From Octopus vulgaris (Eukaryota), in NCBI GenBank assembly GCA_951406725.2, contig OX597819.1, positions 8,184,001 to 8,248,000 on the forward strand: a stretch of 64,000 nt of DNA, in the 5' to 3' direction. A program made the translations under genes and the position numbers. Below the pieces are notes generated by a model. It saw nothing but the letters and a program-made list of their open reading frames with translations. It was not told where the DNA came from and ran no database searches. Position 1 is the stretch's first letter. Every line of letters begins with the position of its first letter. This document shows positions 13,801 through 26,798 of the stretch, one piece after another.

Positions 13801-15316
13801 CAAAAGTTCGCAGGTCAGCTTTTTAGCTGCATAGTAATGATGTATTAAAATTCCAATATTCTTAAACAGTTATAACTGCCACTCTTGAAAAAGCCTCAAA
13901 ACTTCAGGAATGCAACTCGTAAATTTCAGCTTTTCATTTTTAAATCCGCTGGAAGCCGATTTTGCCTTTCACCTACCAGGGTCGATGAAGAAAGTACCAG
14001 TCAATACCAATAATCTGCTTTATACTCTTTTTTTAACACCATGGCTATGTTGTAAATCATTATTATTCAGTTACGAACATGGAAACAGTAAGTTTCTTGT
14101 TCAGTGCTTTAACCATTTATTCTTGCCTTTGAACATCGAAATATAAATTTTCAATAAATAACTGTTTTATTTATTTTCTTATCAGAGCTGCACATATTTC
14201 TATTTACTTCAAAGTGTTTCAAGTTTTTGTTAATATCCATAGGGACCACTGTGTTTACGTATAAAGAAAATGATGTATTACTGCGCGAGGTGAGAGGATT
14301 AGTTGGCAAAATGGTGAACTGCATCTTGTATCACTTTCTTTAGTTGCATGAAAAAATATATAGCTATATTGATAAATTTGTATTCAATAAGTTTCCAAAA
14401 CAATCCTTCTAAAGATCTATTTGTATTTAGATACAGAGTAACAAATAAGTGCACGAACACAGTAGCAAACAGAATAATTTTATAATTTATGTAATTTACA
14501 TAAATATTAGTAAAAAGCAGTTACGAAACTTATTTATATAATCGCCAGTATATGTATACATTACTATGCATACATACTGTAAAAACAATACTATTTATAA
14601 TATACATTTTGGGTCTGTATGTATAAGAGATCTTGTCTATCGATCGATCAATCTATATAAATATATCCAAATACTTTAATTCGCTTATTTGATTGGTAAA
14701 TATGGACGTCGTTGGGTAAAGATTCCAGCGGGGATAATCGCTGGTAACCACTTGAAGTATCTATGGCTCAGAGTAGGACGAATGTTGCAAATCTCGTTCT
14801 AAACATATTGATATTTCAGTTTACTGACCGACGTATATCTGTAGAAAATATACCCGAAGCGAGCACGCATGCACACACAGTATACAGTTAAGTCGAGGGA
14901 GTATAGATATATGCAGTTTAGTAGGTTGCAGGGGTGTGGGGGAGAAATGAGAGACAGAATGAGAGATGTGTGACCGTCGAGAAGGAGATAATTTGGTGTT
15001 TTAGTAGGGTTGTACGATCAATATAAAGTTTGGATGGAGAGAACCGTATTAATGGATGAAGAATGGATAACTAGTGAAAAGATTTAGAGTTATAAGAAAA
15101 ATAATTGCTATCTAGTAAGAACTACAGTTAGAAAGTTGAAGAGGAATGGATGTTGGAGGAAAAAGGCATATAAATGTCCAATCACGGCTCTTTCAGAACA
15201 CAGTCCTGTCTTCCGTGAAGTTTAAGGAGGTCCTGAGATCAACCATCAACCTCTACACCTTCAGTTGTCAAGTTGGTGCATTGGACAAAGACGCTCACCT
15301 CCTCCACCGCATATAA

Positions 15317-15400
<84 letters not shown>

Positions 15401-15551
15401 GTGTGTGTGTATATATATATATAAATCCATTAACAAGACAGTTACCCAAGGTGACACGCTGAGGAACTGAACCCGAAGACAAGTAATTAGGAACAAAGCT
15501 TCTTACCACACACCTATACACACACACACACACTACACACACACATGTATA

Positions 15552-16765
15552 TTAGGTCGACAAGTATGAAATTTGTAGTAAGGTATCTGGTAAAATTTGA
15601 CAGCTGCTCATTTTGCACCATTATTATATTTTGACAATGTTTTTTGTTAGAAAGCTGACTCATCTATTTCTTTATTCTAACTCATTTTGCGCTTTACAAA
15701 GTATTTATAATTCGTTTTTGCTATTTTTGTTTAGAAATGAATAAGTCGAAATTCGTAAAGTTTTGAAATATGAGTTTTGAAATACGGCATCGCAGGCAGC
15801 TCGAATATTAATGGAGTATTTCGTTCTAATGTTATTACATAGCAGGTAGTATTAAATAGGTTTGCAAAACCTCGTTCTGGTAACTTTGATCTCATAAATG
15901 AGCAACGTAGCCGAGCAGAAACAAAGGTTGATAATGACGAACTGAAAGCCACTGTCGAGTCAGATCCATCTCATGGTGCCCGTGAATTATTGTTGTTGTT
16001 TGGTGTTAGCAAGCAAACTCGGTAAAGTGAAAAACTTATTTAAGTGGGTTCCACATGAACTCAATGAAAATCAGAAACCCGCATTATGCTACTTTCTCGT
16101 CACAAAAATGAATCAGTTTTGAATCGAATTGTAACATGTGATGATAACTGGAGCCAATACAACAGCCGTAAACGTTCAGCACAAAGGTTGGACCAAGACG
16201 AGCCACCGAAACACTGTCCAAACAGCAAAATTCCTCAAATGAAGCTGTTGGTGTGCGTTTGATGGTCTGATGCAGGTGTGATCCATTATGATTTCATTAA
16301 ACCTGGCTCATCAATCACGGCCGAAGTATACTGCAGCCAACTGGACCAAAAGATGCAGAAACTTACAAAAATAAAAGAAAACAGCAAAGATTAGTCAACA
16401 CATCCATTACTATTTTATTGCAAGACAACGCTAGATCACACATCGAAAAAATGACATTGACGAAACTACAGGAATTGGAGTTGGAAGTTCATCCAACTCC
16501 ACCATACTCATGTGATCTCGCCCCCCACTGACTACCACATCTTCCAGAATTAGGATGGGGAAAATATTTAATTCCGACGATACTATAAAACAAGCCTTCC
16601 AAGATTTTATTGACTCTAGATTGCCAGGCTTTTACAGTTCCGGGCTAGAAAAGCAACCCCTGAAATGGCAAAAGTGTATTGACAATATGGGTGCATACTT
16701 TGATGAATAAAACTATTCCTTGTATTTATAATACATTAGGATTTTTTTTCTACTTGACGACCTAA
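15552..16765 (+). mobile_element. Full-length decayed mariner (DD34D) transposon
   Basis: TIRs TTAGGTCGACAAGTA and TACTTGACGACCTAA flanked by TA. The broken transposase has KWVPHEL, RIVTCDDNW, LQDNARSH and PPYSCDLAPTDYH. Confidence 0.93.
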
Positions 16766-16829
16766 TATATGCATATAAATATATATACACCTATACATAA
16801 ACACACATACACACACATATGTGTGTGTG

Positions 16830-16874
<45 letters not shown>

Positions 16875-16875
<1 letters not shown>

Positions 16876-17016
16876 TCTCCTGTTATTTGACTGAAGAAAG
16901 AAAGCCAAGAATGACTCGTCCTTTTTTTGCCTGTTCTTCTAATTATTGTTCCTTTTGTCCACCTTTGTGTCGTCTATCTGTCCGAACGTTTTAATGCTCT
17001 CTATTGCGTTTTCGTT

Positions 17017-17020
<4 letters not shown>
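16875..17020 (+). repeat. Partial, opposite-orientation relative of the 25803/40951 microsatellite-embedded family
   Basis: TGACTGAAGA...GAATGACTCGTCC...TTTGTGTCGTCT matches the reverse complement of 25840-25892. Confidence 0.6.
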
Positions 17021-17070
<50 letters not shown>

Positions 17071-17095
17071 ATATGTTACAATTACTCAATAGTCA

Positions 17096-17158
17096 AGATA
17101 AAACTCTGAGTTTCAGATGCCGAAGTGGAAATCCACAACACCATCTCTTCGGTTATCT
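17096..17158 (-). ncRNA. Type-I hammerhead motif (U4C variant) in a ~170-bp insert (17065-17235) in a (TA)n tract
   Basis: Minus strand reads AGATAA-CCGAAGA-GATG...CATC(T)-GAAA-CTCAGAG-TT-TTATCT, giving a 6-bp helix I and helix III ACTC/GAGT. Confidence 0.68.
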
Positions 17159-17669
17159 GGCCATCTGAAAAAACGCTATGAAAAAATACCGTTATATAAA
17201 GGGAAATTACTGTGTTATAATTCTGCTACTTATATAAAATATATATATATTACATGCATACATTCGTACCTGTATAATACATACATACATGCATGCATAC
17301 AAATGTGTGTGTGTGTGTGTGTATAGATACACATATGAGTTTGTGTAAATGCATAACAATAATAATAATAATAATAATAATAATAATTATTATTATTATT
17401 ATTGTTATTATTGTTATTATTGTTATTATTATTGTTGTTATTAATATTATTATTTTTATTATTATGATTGTGATGAAGATAGGAAGATAGGCGACTGATT
17501 AAACATATAAATCTTTATTAGAACACAGCATAACATCAACATATTCATCATCATCAACATCATCAACAACGACAACTTAATAGTAAAACGTCTTTAATAC
17601 AGAAATATGTCTTTTTGATCAGTGGAAGAAGCTGCCAACTGGCAACGCTATTCTGTTTGACTTTTACAC

Positions 17670-17733
<64 letters not shown>

Positions 17734-17851
17734 ACAAACACACACACACACATACACACACACTTACGCACTCCCAGACATGCACGCACATGTGGACAGC
17801 TACAAAGGAATAATACATACAAGAACAAATATACACATACATACACTCGCT

Positions 17852-17906
<55 letters not shown>

Positions 17907-17963
17907 GCATAAGAATAGATCAGAGTTCATATAAATTTATTAGTAAGAATATTTTCACACACA

Positions 17964-18019
<56 letters not shown>

Positions 18020-18146
18020 AATATACGCGCATATATGCATTATATTCAATTGATGTGTATATATGTATTTGTATTCACATATATATTTATGCGTGCAACC
18101 TGCTACACAACTCACGTGCACACATATACATTCATATATATATATA

Positions 18147-18514
18147 CTAGCAGTATCGCCCGGCGTTGCTCAGGTTTGTAAGGGAAATAACTATAAAGCA
18201 TTTTTAGAGAGTTATAGCCAAAAAATAGCAAAAAAATGGAAAAAAAATGATGGTAAATTTTTTTTGAGAGTTAAAAAAGGTGGAGTTGCGTCCCCTAGAC
18301 GGTCTGTGGTTTGGGTTTCTGATTCTCGACCCCATGTCGAATTTATCGATTTTTTTCAGAACTGGGGGAACTTTTCAAAATTTTCGCTGCGTTAGTTTTG
18401 AATTATGACATTGGGCTTCATCAGAATCGGTTGAAAGCCGTGGTCAGAGTGAGGGTACGAGAAAACAGACACACAGAAAACGCACAGACAAACTGCCGTT
18501 TATATAGAGAGAGA
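18147..18514 (-). mobile_element. Non-autonomous Helitron with an H1 3' end but a different 5' half
   Basis: The CTAG end and about 115 bp match H1. The 5' part (TCTCTCTCTATATAAACGGCAG...) is unrelated to the H1 interior. Confidence 0.8.
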
Positions 18515-18522
18515 TATATATA

Positions 18523-18729
18523 TCTTTACTCTTTTACTTGTTTCAGTCATTTGACTGCAGTCATGCTGGAGCACCACCTTTAGTCGAGCAAATCGACCCC
18601 GGGGCTTATTCTTTGTAAGCCCAGTACTTATCTATCGGTCTCTTTTTGCCGAACCGCTAAGTGACGGGGACGTAAACACACCAGCATCGGTTGTCAAGCA
18701 ATGCTAGGGGGACAAACACAGACACACAA

Positions 18730-18766
<37 letters not shown>

Positions 18767-18935
18767 CATATATAAGACAGGCTTCTTTAAGTTTCCGTCT
18801 ACCAAATCCACTCACAAGGCATTGGTTGGCCCGGGGCTATAGCAGAAGACACTTGCCCAAGATGCCACGCAGTGGGACTGAACCCGGAACCATGTGGTTG
18901 GTTAGCAAGCTACTTACCACACAGCCACTCCTGCG

Positions 18936-18938
<3 letters not shown>
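18523..18938 (-). mobile_element. SINE family B, full length
   Basis: Near-consensus copy ending ...CCACTCCTGCGCCT. Confidence 0.93.
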
Positions 18939-19023
<85 letters not shown>

Positions 19024-19026
19024 TAC

Positions 19027-19059
<33 letters not shown>

Positions 19060-19701
19060 CACGTTTATGTATAGATGCAATGCATGTCTGTGTGTCTATA
19101 AGATTCCTCCTGGGTTCGATCACACTTTCTGGTATTTCACTAATACTACCCTCAGTTTGACCGTATTCTTGTGTGTGGAATTTGGGAGACGGAAATGGTC
19201 TTAGAGCCTCGTTGTGCAATATGATGCGATATGTTTCTGTGTGTGTGGGGCTTGTGCATATGTGTCGTGTGTGTGCATGAATGCGCGCATTTGTGTGTGT
19301 GTATATATACATGTGTCTGTGTGCATGTGAGTGCGTGTGCTTTTGTGTATGCGAACGTTATTGTGTTTGTATATGTATGCGTGTACATGTGTGTATGCTT
19401 GTGTGCATGCATTTGCATGTGTGTGTGCTTGCGTGTGTGTATGTGTTGCGTGCCTATTATGTTTATGTTTACTGTCAACAAACCAGCATATCAAGTTCAG
19501 ATAAGCATCGCAGACGATATGACTGACTAAACCGTTGAAGGCGGAGCTCCATCATGGCTGCTGTCCAAAGATTATCACCAGTAAGAGGACAAGTTTTTAT
19601 ATACACAGGAGGATACACACATACAAGCATACATATACACACATACACACACAAACAAACACATATATACAGACATACACTCATTGATTTCATCTTTACT
19701 G

Positions 19702-19740
<39 letters not shown>

Positions 19741-19748
19741 CATACAAA

Positions 19749-19819
<71 letters not shown>

Positions 19820-20353
19820 CATACACATGCATGTGTGTTTCTGTATTTGTGTATGTCTCTGTGTGTGCCATTGGATGTCTTTGTATGCGTATGTATACAT
19901 ATTACGTTTTCTGCAGATCCGGTTAAAGGCTTACGAAGCGCCAAACACTAAGTCATTGGTATTGATAATTTAGCCTTGCTATGATGTAAATATGTATAAT
20001 GCGTTAGTGAGACAGAAATAAAGGCGAGTGAAGGTGGGAACGTTTTGTGGATTTGTGCCATGGAAGTCCGGAACCACATGCCAAGAACATGTTGTGCTTT
20101 GCCGCATAATGTTTTGTTTGCATTCGTTTGTCATCTACTTTCCTTCTGATCACATATATCTTAAGAGGATAATTATTTCAAACACAAGTATAGGCGGATG
20201 TATATTCATGTACTTCTATGAGACAGACACACACACTCATTCATATGGTCATACATATAGACAGGAGTTTCTTTCTTTCTTTCTTTCTCTTTCCAATCTT
20301 TCTAACTTTCTCTCTTTTTATTTTTCTATATATCTGTCTATCTCTCTCTCCTT

Positions 20354-20584
20354 GGCGGCGAGCTGGCAGAAACGTTAGCACGCCGGGCGAAATGCGTAGC
20401 CGTATTTTGCCTGTCGTTACGTTCCGAGTTCAAATTCCGCCGAGGTCAACTTTGCCTTTCATCCTTTCGGGGTCGATAATTTAAGTACCAGTTACGCACT
20501 GGGGTTGATGTAATCAACTTAATCCCTTTGTCTGTCCTTGTTTGTTCCCTCTGTGTTTAGCCCCTTGTGGGTAGTAAAGAAATA
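20354..20584 (+). mobile_element. SINE family D (Deu/Nin-domain-like), full monomer
   Basis: A-box-like AGCTGGCAGAAACG, B box GAGTTCAAATTCC, GCCTTTCATCCTTTCGGGGTCGATAA domain and AAGAAATA tail. Confidence 0.88.
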
Positions 20585-20611
20585 TATCTCTCTCTCCTTA
20601 CACACACGCAC

Positions 20612-20645
<34 letters not shown>

Positions 20646-21031
20646 CTCTCTCTCTCTCTCTCTCTTTCACACACAAACACACACACACATACATGCGCAC
20701 GCACTCAAAATATATATATATTTGTTCCACGTCCTCGCGTTGTTGTGTTTTTTTGTGCTTTCATGTTTGGATAAATTTTAACAATATATATATATATTTA
20801 TATATATATAGGAGGATATGTGAAAATGTGATTATGGTGCTGCACTCTTTCGATTCAGGGTGATGCACTGTTTTCTGGAGCAATACACATTGTCTCATGT
20901 TGGTCTACGATCACTTTGACATCTGATGTGTTGCACTGTGCACCTGCACAGTGTACAGGCTGTTCGTTAAGAGATTGCAGGATTTTCATATATGACCTAC
21001 GACAGGAGAGTTCACAATATACGCACAGGTA

Positions 21032-21083
<52 letters not shown>

Positions 21084-21160
21084 GAAACGGTTTCACATTT
21101 GATTTTTAAAAGTATTTGGTATATGACATCATTGATTTTATCAGAAATCAATTTCCTAAT

Positions 21161-21300
21161 TTTAGTGGAACAAACCGATCCCAAGATTTATTCTTTGTGA
21201 GCCTAGTACTTATTTTATAAGTGTCTTTTCCTGAACCGCAAAGTTGCGGCGACGTAAACACACCAACATCGGTTATCATGCGATGGTGGAGGGACAAACA

Positions 21301-21352
<52 letters not shown>

Positions 21353-22031
21353 CAATTTAGGGTAGCAAATTGTTGTTGAATTTATATATATAGTCTTTGA
21401 CTATTTTCTCTTTCCCACTAGACCGCTGGTAGCGATAAATTTCTATTGAATTTTTTGCTACCCTAAATTGATTAATTGATGATTTTCTGACTAAATCTGA
21501 GATTGAATCAGCAGTTAATAGTTACTGCTGATAAGTTGGCGCGAATACGATGGTTTTGAATATTTTAGGGCAGATATTCCGAGGGCATTGATACAGATGC
21601 CTCGTGTATATCCGTCTCTCCTGGTTTCTTTACCAGTGAGGTGTAACCTTTGGTAGATTGACTTAATTTAATTTAATTAAGCTGGTTTGCCATAAAAAAC
21701 ACCGAAACGATGCATCGTCTAAAGATGAATTAGGGTAAATGTTTTAAAATTTTCATTTAATTTCTGAATTACTACTACTTAGCGGTTTGAGTCCTGGCTG
21801 CTTCTTCTAGTGGTCCGAATGGCCTATTAAGGCCATTCCTTAATTGTTGTTGAATATATATATATATATACACGCACAAACACGTACACATATATATACG
21901 GCGAGCTTCTTTCAGTTTCAGTCTACCAAATCCTCTCACAAGTTTTTAGTCGACCCGGGGCCTATAGTAGAAGACATCTGCTCAAGGTGCCACGCAGTGG
22001 GACTGAACTCGGAACTATGTGGTTAGGAAAC
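21161..22031 (-). mobile_element. SINE family B (truncated), split by a ~500-bp insert; inverted duplicate of 26211-26575
   Basis: Halves lie at 21161-21304 and 21895-22031 and share non-consensus substitutions with the 26187 copy. Confidence 0.85.
21350..21855 (+). mobile_element. Non-coding insert in a (TA)n tract with an internal inverted repeat and a decayed hammerhead fold (21628-21724)
   Basis: AATCAATTTAGGGTAGCAAA (21350) pairs with TTTGCTACCCTAAATTGATT (about 21455-21474). The fold reads CTTTA-CCAGTGA-GGTGT...ACACC-GAAA-CGATGCATCG-TC-TAAAG. Confidence 0.65.
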
Positions 22032-22679
22032 CATGTGGTTTTCTAATTCTACTCACGAGGAACAACAATCAATATCGAATACTACTCACTCATCTTTCTC
22101 CAATATTTACTGCTCAGACTCAGTATAATACAACTAGTGTGTCACTAAAAATATCTGAAAATTGCCCTGCAGTTTACATTTCAGAATATCACATTAAGTG
22201 AAATATTGGTTCAGCAAAATTCACCTTTTTCTTCGGTGGCGCTACATTCGCTGATTCCCATGACTTTCTGTAGCCACCCGATTCCATTATTATGACTTTG
22301 AATGGATACACTGCAGTTTTTTGTGAATGTACAAACAGCTTGTTCATTTATATAAAATAATTGTTTGGGGGTGTTGTTTAGAAGAGAGATTGATAGATTG
22401 AAATATAGGTTGGTAGATAGACTGATAGACAGACAGACAGACAGACATCACTGAAAGTCATTTTGTTGTCCTTCTCTCTTCCTCCTTTTTCCTTCTTTTT
22501 TCCTCTTTCTTTCTTTTTCTTCTCTTCGAGTCAGATTTGGAATACAAAATGTACCGTCTGGAGGGAATTTTTTGATGAAATGTAGTTCTGCATGAAAAAA
22601 CATTAGTACAATATTTGCGAATTAACAATTTAAAAATAAATGAATAAAATAATATGATATATATATATATATATATATA

Positions 22680-22801
22680 TCACGTGACCGACCAGACCAT
22701 CAGATGTTGTTACACATCGCTGGTCACAATGCGTTCGCATTGTTTTAGCCTTCTAATGACGCCACCCCGCTAGCTAAGCGAGCAGGCCAACAGAAGAAAG
22801 A

Positions 22802-22802
<1 letters not shown>
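22680..22802 (-). mobile_element. 5'-truncated SINE family C, tail type 2
   Basis: Matches 33000-33120. Confidence 0.8.
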
Positions 22803-22839
<37 letters not shown>

Positions 22840-23106
22840 GTAAAGCAAGAACGTCCCAATACTATACACACAAATATATATCTGAACATTTGTAGAGATG
22901 AGCCACATTTGGAATAAAAAATGCAAATTCTCCACTTTACCTTCAAGCCTTCAATTTTAGGGAGAACACACGATGAAGTGTGTGTGTGTGTGTGTATGTG
23001 TGTGTATATGTGCGTGTGTGTGTGTGTATTTGGGAGCGTGTCCATGTTTATACTGTGTAATTTCGATCACGCCTCTTTCAATTTCATGATTTTGCATTAT
23101 AGAACA

Positions 23107-23504
23107 CTAGCAGTATCGCCCGGCGTTGCTCGGGTTTGTAAGGGAAATAACTATATAAGCATTTTTAGAGATGTAAAGTATAATAGCCATCTCAATATGG
23201 CTAACCACAAATGGGGGTGTTACTGTAGCTTTTTACGTTCTGAGATTTAATAATACATTTTTAGAGAGTTACTTCCCTTATATAAAAGCAAAAAAAAGCA
23301 TTAAAAATGGGAAAAAATGATGGTAAATTTTTTTTTTAATCGTAGACTCATCGTAGACGCGCGCTAATACCCAGAAGGGGTCGATATGAATCACGACTAT
23401 AAGATACCCGGTTTTGGTTAAACTGCACCGCAAAATGTGGGAGTAGTTAGGAATCTAAATTGTGGGAGACAGACAGCACACAACCTCACTTTTATATATA
23501 AAGA
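23107..23504 (-). mobile_element. Non-autonomous Helitron H1 variant
   Basis: TC and CTAG termini, hairpin CCCGAGCAACGCCGGG, A|T target site. Confidence 0.88.
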
Positions 23505-24321
23505 TTAGTATAAAACTTACAAAATGTACAGTCCCCACTTTTCTTTCAAACATTCAATTTCGAAGAGAATTTTTTGATGAAATGTAGTTCCATTGTTTCT
23601 CAGTATTGCAGATCGTCCCGTGCACATTTGTAAAAGGGAAACATTTTGAATTTTCGCTGCATATTTCCAGATGCTTAATTAATGGAATCTTACGTAATTC
23701 CTCTTGTAGCTTATGTTGCCTGTGGATTCTTGCACGTTGGCAGACGGAATTATTTGTTTCGCCTATGTAATTTTCTTTGCGGTTTGGGCAGGTAATGCAG
23801 TATATGAGGTTATCCGTTTTGCAGTTCATATCTTCATTTATTTTGAAAAGGGATCCGCTCTTGAATTTTATGTGGGAACCACTTTCAAAGTATTTGAAGT
23901 TGTTGATGCGTTGATGCTGTTACATGTTCCACATCTCCTATCTCCGCATTCTATTACTAAGAATTCTGATTCATTACTCTTATTTGAGTTCTGCCCTTGG
24001 GAGGGATTTTAAAGATTTTTTGGTTGGCGTCTGCTATTTCGTAATCAGATTTTTCATTTTGGGGCCTTGTAGGAGTATAGGTAAGTTCGATTTTATGGCG
24101 TGAAAGATGTTGGTTATTCCAGGATTGTGTGTGTTAACGAAGGGAATCGAGTTTTCATTAACTTTTTCCTTGGGTGTCTGTAGATGGGCGATGTTCAGTT
24201 TCATCACCTTTTTAATTCCCTCATTAATTAATCCTAAGAAGTATTTCTGCAATGTGAGGAAGCCTTTGAGTTCATTGAGTCGGATTTCAAGTGTTTTTGG
24301 GTCAGTCACTATAGAACAGAT

Positions 24322-24736
24322 ACTCTTTCTCTTTCTCTTTTCTCTTTTACTTGTTTCAGTCATTTGACAGCGGCCATGCTGGAGCACCGCCTTTAGTCGA
24401 GCAATTCGACCTCGGGACTTATTCTTTGTAAAGCCAGTACTTATTCTATCGGTCTCTTTTGCCGAACCGCTAAGTGACGGGGACGTAAACACACCAGCAT
24501 CGATTGTGAAGCAATGCTAGTGGGACGAACACAGACACACATACACAAACACAAACACACACATATATATATATACATATATACGACAGGCTTCTTTCAG
24601 TTTTCGTCTACCAAATCCACTCACAAGGCATTGGTCGGCCCGGGGCTATAGCAGAAGACACTTGCCCAAGATGCCACGCAGTGGGACTGAACTCAGAACC
24701 ATATGGTTGGTTAGCAAGCTACTTACCACACAGCCA
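24322..24736 (-). mobile_element. SINE family B nested in the PLE
   Basis: Near-consensus copy interrupting ...IPYSM|SICSIV... of the PLE ORF. Confidence 0.92.
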
Positions 24737-24927
24737 CATGCTGTATGGGATATTTCTATTGAGGCAAGAGTAGAAATTTAAATATCGGTGTGTGTCTGTT
24801 TTTTTGTAAAATTCTGTCTGTTATGACTGTGGAGTTCCGAATTTTTATGTGGATATCGAGGAATGGTAGTTCATTGCAACTGAATTGTGTCGTGAATTTC
24901 ATGGATGGGTGAAGTGTGTTCAGTATA

Positions 24928-25326
24928 TCTTTATATATAAAAGTCAAGTTGTGTGTCTGTCTCCTACGATTTAGATTCCTAACTACTCCCACATTTTGCG
25001 GTGCAGTTTAACCAAAACCGGGTATCTTATAGTCGTGATTCATATCGAGCCCTTCTGGGTATTAGCGCGCGTCTACGATGAGTCTACGATTTAAAAAAAA
25101 AAAGTTACCATAATTTCTTTCCATTGTAATGCATTTTTTCGCTATTATATAAGGGATGTAACTCTCTAAAAATGTCTACGATGAGTCAACGATTTAAAAA
25201 AAATTTACCATAATTTTTTTTCCATTTTTAATAAATTTTTTTGCTATTTTTTGGCTATAACTCTCTAAAAATGCTTATATAGTTATTTCCCTTACAAACC
25301 CGAGCAACGCCGGGCGATACTGCTTG
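24928..25326 (+). mobile_element. Non-autonomous Helitron H1 nested in the PLE RT
   Basis: TC start and CTTG variant end. Removing it restores the in-frame sequence LNIFNN|ILNTLHPSM at an A|T junction with no TSD. Confidence 0.92.
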
Positions 25327-25802
25327 TTGTTAAATATATTTAGAACTTCATTCGATTTATCCCAGAAGAGGGAGCAACCATCAAGTACGCATTTCCACTT
25401 TTTAATAATATATTTCTTGTGCTCCTGATCAAAAGTTTTTTCTACTTCCTCATAAAGTTTTTCTTCCAAGTATCCCATAACTAAGTTTGCATATGAGGGC
25501 GCAAATCGCGTACCCATAGCTGTGCCCTTTATAGGTCGATATGTTTTATTGTCGAATCTAAAGGTATTTCCTTCTAGTACTAGGCGTGTGGCAGTGGTGA
25601 TGAAGTCAGTCTCGCAGCGTTCATTTATCCGTTGTCAATGTTTCTCTACCCAGTGTTTGATTGCTTCTAGGCCTAAAGTGTGAGATATATTAGTATAGAG
25701 ATGCCACCAATCTCTCTACTCAATACATACACACACACACACACACACACAAATATATATATATATATGTGTGTGTGTATATATATATATATAAAATATA
25801 TA

Positions 25803-26046
25803 TAAAAATACAAAATGGGACAAGAACGCAAAACACACAAAGAGACGACACAAAAAACGGACGGGTCATTCGAAGCCTCTAATCTTCAGTCAGGAACCGG
25901 ATCATCCTCGCAATTTCGGCTGATTAATCCTGATATCGCTCCGATCCGGCCAGCTCCAAGGAAAAACTAAGCTGTGAGCATTAGATTTCTTGGAAAAAGG
26001 ATCGAATGTATACGAAACAAGGACAGAAAAACGGACGATGCCACTT
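25803..26046. repeat. ~250-bp non-coding repeat embedded in (TA)n; second copy at 40951-41260
   Basis: Shared blocks GGGACAAGAACG, AATCTTCAGTCA.GAACCGGATCATC.TCGCAATTTCGGCTGATTAATC and TCGAATGTATAC. Confidence 0.8.
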
Positions 26047-26073
26047 ATATATATATACACACACACACACACA

Positions 26074-26128
<55 letters not shown>

Positions 26129-26130
26129 AT

Positions 26131-26186
<56 letters not shown>

Positions 26187-26188
<2 letters not shown>

Positions 26189-26385
26189 ACAGGTGTGTGG
26201 TAAGAAGCTTGTTTCCTAACCACATGGTTCCGAGTTCAGTCCCACTGTGTGGCACCTTGGGCAGATGTCTTCTACTATAGGCCTCCGGTCGACTAAAAAC
26301 TTGTGAGAGGATTTGGTAGACTGAAACTGAAAGAAGCTCGCCGTATATATATGTGTATGTGTTTGTATATATATGTGTATGTGTT

Positions 26386-26435
<50 letters not shown>

Positions 26436-26640
26436 TGTTTGTCCCTCCACCATCGCATGATAACCGATGTTGGTGTGTTTACGTCGCCGCAACTTTGCGG
26501 TTCAGGAAAAAGCACTTATAAAATAAGTACTAAGCTCACAAAGAATAAATCTTGGGTTCGGTTTGTTCCACTAAATACGATGCTTCAGCATGGCCGCAGT
26601 CACACGACTGAAAGATATAAAAGAACATAAGAAATAAAAG
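26187..26640 (+). mobile_element. SINE family B, diverged copy
   Basis: Head, middle and tail are all recognisable. Confidence 0.88.
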
Positions 26641-26700
26641 AATATATATATTATATATATATGTATGTATATATATATATGCATATATTTATATATTATA

Positions 26701-26798
<98 letters not shown>

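Larger units (their letters stand above)
23554..25710 (-). pseudogene. Penelope-like retroelement (RT plus GIY-YIG endonuclease), 5'-truncated, interrupted by a SINE and a Helitron
   Basis: RT motifs SLYTNI, KGTAMGTRFAPSYANLVMG, a degraded xxDD (VLDG) and LPFLD; GIY-YIG region MNCKTDNLIYCITCP...YIGET...RARIH. Confidence 0.9.

Noticed and set aside
20810-21030. Cys/His-containing ORF segment between microsatellites
   Set aside because: No domain motif or convincing splice pair.
23040-23100. Expected pLTR hammerhead downstream of the PLE (TTGAAAGA...GATCGAAA)
   Set aside because: The core and helices cannot be completed.
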